NCBI GenBank assembly: GCA_039621445.1
Contig: CP154954.1
Location: 27,020,123-27,084,122, forward strand
Direction: 5' to 3'
Source: Euglena gracilis
Taxonomy: Eukaryota
Length of the DNA stretch: 64,000 nucleotides
The first letter of the stretch is position 1; every line of letters starts with the position of its first letter. The position numbers and the translations under genes were made by a program. The notes beneath the pieces are model-generated. The model did no database searches, had not been told where the DNA came from, and saw only the letters and a program-made list of their open reading frames with translations. This document shows positions 56,780 through 64,000 of the stretch, one piece after another.

Positions 56780-56899
56780 CCTCACCTCAGCAACCCACCC
56801 AATACTACCAATCCCTGGAATAACTCCAAGGCTCTCGGTCTGGAGAACGCAGACATGCGTCACAGCGTTACAGGCCGGCAGACCTGTTTGCGTATTTAT

Positions 56900-59787
56900 A
56901 AAAACGGTGCAACGGTATTCAAAAAAAAAATTCCGGATATCACTGGAATTGAAACCACGCTTACGGATTTGAATACCCAACATAAAACCATACAATTCAC
57001 CACTTCCCATTACAAAAAAGCGTTCCAGCACTTTCTACAAGGGTCTCCGGACTCCAACCGTCCTCGGATGGACAAATTGTTCGCGAAGTCGAACTACCCC
57101 CTGATTTTCGAACATTTTACGACGAAATGCTTACCCGGAACATTTTCGGGTACCCCACCCCCCACTCCCAATTTTTGCCTGGAATGCTGAGCAACGTAGG
57201 AACTGGATCGTGGGACAGTTTGAGAGACAACATTTTCACACCGGATCCTGCCCTATGCATACCCCCCATGGAACTTTTGGTCCAAGCGGAAACCTGAGCA
57301 CACCAAATGTTTCCACCAAGTGCAAATTTTGGTTGACACAGGGTGTCGCATTCCCCTTCTCTTTCAAAAGGGGTTAATTCCCACCTCCCCATGTGCCCCA
57401 TGTGCGGTGGTGACTTGGGATGCTTTTTGGACACAGTCCTCTCCATCATCCCCAAGCACCACTCACAACCACCACACATACAAAACTTTCGGGGTACCTG
57501 GAGTTATGAATCGGGTATCCGCGGGTCTGACGCACCTTTTGGTTTTCCGTTCTTCCGTCAGAACCGCCTTGTTGTGGACTGCCCCTCCCTCGGATTGCGC
57601 ACTACTTCACGCACACAACCCACACCACCGAAGTGCCCCCCAAGGCGCCTTCACAGACGTCCCCCCGCGTTGCCACAACGTTTTTTTCAACCAAAAACAC
57701 CGTTTCCTACACCAGGGGTAAAGAAAAAGCTGCCACTCTACACACTACACTTTTACGGCACGCTTCCCATGCGGTAGGGAAAGCCAGTAGCTTAACTCCC
57801 CACATTTTACTGTGTTCCAATGTGGAAGCGCAAGGGCCTGAAGTTATAACGGTGTGGAGTAGCCGCCCAGCCGCACAACTTTTACGTTTTCCACCAGGTG
57901 TGTCGATTTCGGACACCCCAGTACACCCCCCAGCTGCTACAACTTTCCCCTTCGTACACACACTACACATGACTGACATGCACTACCAGACCGACACTTC
58001 CTTCCATTCCGCACATTTTCGGAGAATTTCCACACAACCTGATTTTCATTGTGGATGTATTGTTGAACCTTCCAAACTAATCGCATTACTCAACAATCAG
58101 AGTACACTTGGTACCGGAACCGACTGAACGAGAACACAACACACCGGGTTGTTACCCGTTGTGTGTTGAAGTACATCCACACCTGGACAAACGCGGAATC
58201 ACGTCCTTATTCGGAATCGCGAGAATCGCACAGGAGCACCTCCAATGGCAGAAAGCCAATTTCTAAAATGTATTTTTTTTGTGAAACGATCAAATTTCGT
58301 GGACACATTCTTAACAACGGACAAAGAAGAGCATCTCCAAGCAAACTTAAAGCCATAAAGAAGTGGACACCTTGTGTGCGGTCCGAGGGTGCCCGCCACA
58401 AGGAGGGGTCCCAAGGGGGCCCAAAGGGGCCCAAAGGGCCGCGAGGGGGCTCCAAGGCCCCCAAGGGCCTTTTGAGGCCCCACTGGCCCCCAAGGGTGCC
58501 CCACAGCCCATTTTGACCAAGCCAAGGGAAGGTAAAGGAGGGGGCAGGTTGAGGGGGCCAACAGGCAACCCCCAAGGGGATGCGCAAGCCCTGCTCGGCT
58601 TTGCGCAAGCATGCGCACCCCCTTGGTGGGCGCCCAGATGGCGCAATTCATTAAGAATTTCGCAGAGTATACCAAGTAGCCCCCCCCCCCCAGCTGTAGC
58701 CCCCCCCAATTGTACATTTTCTTTGTGCGGGGCCCTGTTTACACTCTGTTTACACCCTGTTTTATCTGTCATTTGGCGTCAATTGTTTTGCATTGCAAGT
58801 GCCAATTCAAAGTACAAATCAAGGAGAGTTCAAATTACAATTACATTATCAAGGTCAAGTCTCATTGACCAAGTATCCAAGTTCATTTGTTGAACCAAAA
58901 GTATGTCATTTTCAACATCACCATCCTTGCCAACACCCACCCCTACCCCACTTTTCCTCCAAGGGGAAAACCTCCACCAGGTGGGCCCGACGGGCTCAAA
59001 TTCAAAAGATCCTACGCGGGTTGCGCCACCAGGGGTCCCTTCGCAGGGACCTCAGGAGGGGCAACCCCTACATGATGGCGGGCTCCCAGGGGGCCTTGGA
59101 GCCCCATCGCGGCCCTTCGTGGCCCCTTTGGGCCCCCTTGGGACCCCTTCTTGGGGCGGGCACCCTCGGACCGCGCACAACCTGAAAACATCAAAACAAT
59201 CACACGTTTAAAAGGATTGTTGGGTTTAGGGCAGTAGTACGCGATTTACTTGAAGTATTTCGCGAAAATCGCGGTACCACTGACGCGATAACTCAAAAAA
59301 CGCGCTCCTGGCACTACAAAGACACAATGGGATGATACAACGCCAGAATCGCTAACGACAGTTAAACAACTGATGTTGGAAGACGTTGTACTTGACATTG
59401 CTGACCCGTACAAACCTTATGTACTGGAAGTCGACAGCAGTGACTACGAGGTCGGCGGTGTGCTGAGTTAACATAACTCGTCCAATGAACTGCGCCATGT
59501 AGCATTCTTCAGCAGAAAGCTACACGGTGAGGACGGAAAAGGACGAGTCAAATAGAGCATACGAGAAAAGGAGACGTATGCCATTGTCCTTTAGCTACAA
59601 AAATTTCGAAGTTGCGTCGCCAGTTCACTCGTACAAATACTGGTATTGACAGACCATGAGTCTCTCCAACAATGGTACACCGAAGACTTGAACAAAGCCA
59701 TGTCCTCAGTCGGCCGAAGATGCCGTTTGCACGACTTTTTGAGTCATTTCAACTTGGTGGTAGTTTACGCTCCAGGTCATACTCAAA
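56900..59787 (+). mobile_element. Deleted fragment of the same Gypsy family (gag piece, PR, linker, end of RT, RNase H), interrupted by a TIR element
   Basis: IPDITGIETTL (gag), ILVDTGCRIPLLF (PR), RRISTQPDFHCGC, IKFRGHIL...[23 protein letters not shown]. Confidence 0.8.
58373..59179 (+). mobile_element. Non-autonomous TIR element (MITE, Ginger-like termini), 807 bp
   Basis: ~90-bp imperfect TIRs TGTGTGCGGTCCGAGGGTGCCCGCC... / ...GGCGGGCACCCTCGGACCGCGCACA. 4-bp TSD ACCT at 58369-58372 and 59180-59183. Removal restores host codons KKWTPENIKT. Confidence 0.85.
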
Positions 59788-60200
59788 TTGCAGGGGTGAA
59801 CCAATGCCACCCCCCAGGTGGCCCCTCATTTGCATGAATTGCTCAGGAAAATATTGGGGGGAAAACAAATAAACAATAAAACCGTTGACGATTTCGTGGG
59901 GAGAAATCCGAGCTTCAGACATTATCAAAGTGTTTTTGCACTCCTTTGGGTCGTCTTGGACAATATGGGGGTACCCACCCTCAGCCACCAGAGATCAGGT
60001 GTCTGACGCCTTAATACATTTATTTCAATTTTATGAGGAACAAGCTCGTACTGCATACAGTGCTATGCTTTTGATCCCAGGTTTTGGTTGATTGAGATTC
60101 CTTTCCATTTTGTCCCCATACAAAACACTTTGGAACCAAAACTTTGAAAAATATGGGACATTCTACTTTCCCCTCCCAATCCTGCACGGGCTGGCCCAGG
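59788..60200 (+). mobile_element. DIRS-order element fragment (plus strand; N-terminal part of the YR ORF)
   Basis: Reverse-complement homolog of ~2575-2900 (LHELLRKILGGKQINNKTVDDFVGRNPS...). Confidence 0.75.
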
Positions 60201-60630
60201 AGTGTACGTCCCAACCCCGCTTTTCTACTTATGCTTTCCTCCAGCAAAACCCGTGGGTGGAGTTACAAAAAAATTTGTTTCACTTTTCTCCTTTGATTGC
60301 AAAGCATAAAGGCAAAGTCAATTGTTGGGACCGCAGTCCCTTATATGAAAGTGACTTTTGCCCCTTCGAGCTTTGTAAAAGGAAGAATAAAATTCTGTAC
60401 TCAAAAGGGACTTCGCTCACAGATTCTAAAAAAGAACTGCAAAGCACCAAACCCTGAAACCCTGAATTACGAACCACTTACTTTCGCTAAGCTTTCTCTG
60501 GCTCTGAGATTCTCTCTTTGTCTTATGATTAACCATAGTACTGCGTACAGCCCGGCCGTAGCCAGATTGTAGGCCGTAGCCCGTTGTATCTGGTACACAG
60601 TGTCATGGCATAATGGCTGCCTGGTACACA
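60201..60630 (-). repeat. 3' LTR of copy E (430 bp, TG...CT)
   Basis: On the minus strand it starts TGTGTACCAGGC (60630) and ends GACGTACACT (60201), like B and C. Confidence 0.8.
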
Positions 60631-62370
60631 TCCCCGTCCCAGGGCTCTGCCCGATTTCCCTTCTGGACCAGGCCAGTCGGGATGTCAGGCACAGTCCCAG
60701 GTTCAGGGAGACAGTACCAGGATACCATGGTCTGGTTCCCAATTACGGTTACCGTGCTTGGAGCACAAAGCGCAAAAGAATTCTGGCGCGCATGCTGTGC
60801 TTTGTGCGTTTTCTTAATTGACACCGTAGTGTCTTTGTAGTCTTGAATCTTCGTGATCAACGTGTTGTCGACCAAACGTAAGGCGGATCCGCCACAGGGT
60901 CTTGAAACGGCGTTGAAGACGATGATGAAATGCGTATTCACGCTCGAGACTTCGCTCATTATGTGGGACTACGCCCATTTCAGCCGTACTTGATTGTACA
61001 AGGCAGGAAACATTTTACATTGACGGCTCCGAAATGGGAACCAAGCTCGTAAAATTTGTCGAGGGGAAGGTATTGTCCGCCTCTTGTTGTGTAAGCGAAA
61101 ACCGCAGATTGTGGCACTCGTTAACAGTGAATGTAGTCCTCTACGGGACGCAGGGGGTTTTCTCCGACAACCCGTATCGCTGTCAGTTCCGGCAGCGGTA
61201 CGTAGGGGGTTGTTGGTGGTTGTGGTTGAGGTTGTACAGGTTGTGGGTGAGGTTGTTCGTCTGTTTCCATTGTATACTCCGGCTCAGGTTCTGCCGTTGT
61301 ATACTCATCATAAGGCTCTTCGGCCATTTCGTCAGCGTATTTGTCGTCGTATGGCTCTTCGGCCTCAGTGACGTATTGTGATTGCACACCAGCCTCCCAG
61401 TTCCGGACAGGTAGCATGCGTGGGGGCGTTTTTGTGGTAAGTATATTGGTTCTTGCATTTGAACATCACCCATCTCATTTTCTGTGTGACCGGGGGTATA
61501 ACGACGCACGTGTTCCGCGTAAGCACCCACAGGATGCACTCCGCGGAGCACAGGCGGGACCAGCAATCCCAGGTCCCTGAGGGTTACGTTTTCTGGAAAT
61601 ACAGATTCTCCGGGTTGGAAGAATTTTCTACCCGCTATCGTACTCTGGGACCACATGTCCCAGGTTGTGATAGGTTTGTTGACAATAGACGATAACAAGA
61701 ACGTAATCGTGAATTTTGTCATCTGTTCCTTTGCCAGGTTCTAACTCCAGAAATTCCATGCAAAGGGAAGTAAAAATGTCATTTGGTACGGGGAATACGT
61801 CCATCGTACCAGGGGGGGGTTCCTCTGCGCGTTTGACAGCCTGAAAAATTTGGCACCGTTACGAAATTTGTAAACAGCGCTTGTACAATTCATTTTCGGT
61901 CAGGGTTGTACAGTACCTACTACCCACAAAGAAAGAAGTTTGGGGGCCCCAGGGTGACCTTGGTTGTGATAACATAAAAGTACATCATCAACCAAGTCAC
62001 AGGGTATGTAGTATTTGTAGCTAGTATCATTTCGGAAAACCAAACGTAAAGGCGATAAGGTATAATTCTCAAACAATTTCCCATTACGACATTATTGTAA
62101 AAAACATCCTTGGAATAATCCCATTCCCGAAAAAGAGAGGGGATGGGGATTCTTATCGCGTGACGCGGCGGGGGCCCGGCTTTCTACCGCGTTGCCGTTT
62201 TCCCCGTATGGGGGTGATCGACATCCGCCGCCAAATACGCGAAACAGGAGAATTGTCAAGTAAGTTGTCAGCGGCGTCTGCGCGCCATGCGAAATTGACG
62301 GGTTCGCGACCTCCGTGGAACGTGGCATCACCCTCGCCAGGGTTACCAGGGCAATGCCAGGGTGCACAGG
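60201..62370 (-). mobile_element. Deleted minus-strand copy E of the Gypsy family (RNase H-integrase fragment, ORF3 fragment, PPT, 3' LTR)
   Basis: LTR 60201-60630, PPT-like GGGACGGGGA at 60631-60640 with the conserved upstream GAAATCGGGC...AGCCCT, ORF3 block at 61183-61722, pol remnants at 61750-62370. Confidence 0.8.
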
Positions 62371-62374
62371 AAAA

Positions 62375-64000
62375 TGTGTCTACGACATTTGGCTAACCTG
62401 ACCTTGTAGGGGGTGATCTTCAGGCAGGGTGTTCCCGGCATTTTCATCTTAGTTAATTGGGGCCACAACGTGGCTGAATCCCAAAGGGAGTGACCATCAA
62501 CACTTTTGGTCTGGGAAGGCATCTTCAATCGTGGGACAAATTTCTGAATGACCGACCAAGTGGGGGTTTGCATAAAGCCCCTCCTATGTTCTGCAGTGGG
62601 CATTGCAGGACATCCACTTCTCTGGCTTCCCAGTACGGCCATCTGGCTACAAAATTCGGCAGTTCTTTTTTGCCAGGGGAGGCAAATAAATCTGTTACTA
62701 AATTTATGAAAACTTTGAACTGCCACCTTAGCCGTTGAAATTGATGGAGATCCGGTGAGTAAGCCCCCCTGCCTGACTCTTACCTGCTTATGGGCTCTGC
62801 TAAGCATTCCTGCCCCGCCCCCTTTCGTCAGATAACAGTAAATTTCACCAGATTGTCTACTAAAAGCAAAACCGTTTCCCCGGGCCGGCTTAGACTTTTC
62901 ACTGTGCTGATGGTTGCATGTAATTATTTTACATTGATATGTAAAATGGAGCTTTCTCTCCAAAACTCCTGGATAATTTCTCCGGTTCAAATTTCCAGCC
63001 CCTCTACTCAGGCATGGGTGCTGCTGTCTGAGGGCAAATCCCTGTTGCATCGTGGGTGAAAGGTCTGCCCCCCAAGATGTGCAGCAAGTTTTTATTCCCT
63101 TGTTTGGGCTTTTATGTCCTGTGAAATGGAACAGTTTGACTCCCGAGGGGCTTCAGACTTTTTGACCAAAATTTTTGTTCGGAATCTGTGAAAGCCCTTA
63201 GGAAGGGCAGGGGCACGATGTTGCACTTGATTTAGCCCAAAATGGCTGCTAACTGCCTTTTGTCACGAAATAACTTTTCACATTTTTTTCGAACTCCGTT
63301 TTTATTGTTTTCACCTTTTGTAGGGAATTTGCAATTTTCCTTCTTGTAAATTTAACTGGAAGCCCAAATGGTTTACATTATTGGGGTGATTCTTTTACAT
63401 TTATTTTGAACCCCGAATCTATCAGGTCCCTTACAAGCCTGTTCAAGTTTTTTTTGCAAAGCTTTTTTGGTGGGGGCGGAGAACTTAAATATCTTCCAGA
63501 TAAATGAAGTCATGTATTCCCTTTTTCCTCCGACGTTTTTCGGATGCCTTATGACTGACATAAAAAAAATGTGGCATCACACTTAGGCGAAACAGACTGC
63601 GTGGAACTCACAGGTTTGTCCGCCCACCTGATGCCTCAGAAACGGTTTTAGGGCTGGGCTGCTAAATGTTTCATCTTTTAAGTCAGTTTTCGCTGCCCAT
63701 TGGCTGCCCATTTTGGCTGCCCGGAAAAATGGTTTGAATGTGGTCTAGTTTGAAGGTTTTCACAGAGAAAATTTTGGTTTCTATATCTGCGATCGCTTAC
63801 GAACTTCCACTTCTTTTGACCCTCCTTTGGTTTTGAAATGTCTGGTTCCTGAATCCTGAACTCTGGGTTGCGGTTGCGCGACATTTCACATCCCTCGTGT
63901 GCCCCTGGGATTTGATCTTTCCCAAAGTGTACTTTATTTTGGGGGTGCACGCACTCACACTCTCTATCACAGGATGTCGTGTCCTCTGTGGGCGGCCGGA
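62375..64000 (-). mobile_element. Decayed DIRS-order retrotransposon (RT, RNase H, MTase remnants); runs off the window
   Basis: Homologous to 2900-4450 and 10450-11000. Minus-strand GLYANP at ~62560-62580 and HINVK.L.A RNase H remnant at ~62910-62945. Confidence 0.8.

Larger units (their letters stand above)
12398..56780 (+). mobile_element. Ty3/Gypsy chromovirus-like element A (oldest, decayed; interrupted by element B; 3' end lost)
   Basis: Degenerate LTR starting TGTGTAC at 12398, PBS TGGTAGCA at 12779, broken gag 13040-17099, broken pol 17100-20476 resuming 53820-55322 (integrase, chromodomain), truncated ORF3 55428-56779. Confidence 0.85.

Overview
Eukaryotic-type, repeat-only region; I can see no host genes, RNA genes or CRISPR arrays. 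(1) Positions 1-12360 and parts of 59790-64000 hold decayed DIRS-order (tyrosine-recombinase) retrotransposons with RT, RNase H, Dam-like methyltransferase and YR remnants, mostly as a head-to-tail minus-strand array. (2) Positions 12398-56780 are a three-deep, same-orientation nest of one Ty3/Gypsy chromovirus-like family: old decayed copy A (from 12398), element B inside it (20482-53814, TSD AGAAG), and element C inside B (24832-41375, TSD AAACC). Further fragments follow, including a minus-strand copy E at 60201-62370. This ~16.5 kb family is the most unusual thing in the window. It has a ~1325-aa Gag and a UAG plus hairpin gag-pol junction consistent with readthrough. Pol has the order PR - Cys cluster - DNA adenine-methyltransferase-like domain - RT - RNase H - integrase - chromodomain. 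A 1840-aa non-Env third ORF carries Zn-finger and RING-like modules behind a splice acceptor. The LTRs end TG...CT, and a UAUUCG-loop hairpin recurs along element C. (3) An 807-bp non-autonomous TIR element (TGT...ACA, 4-bp TSD) sits at 58373-59179. All domain assignments are by-eye motif recognition, not database searches.
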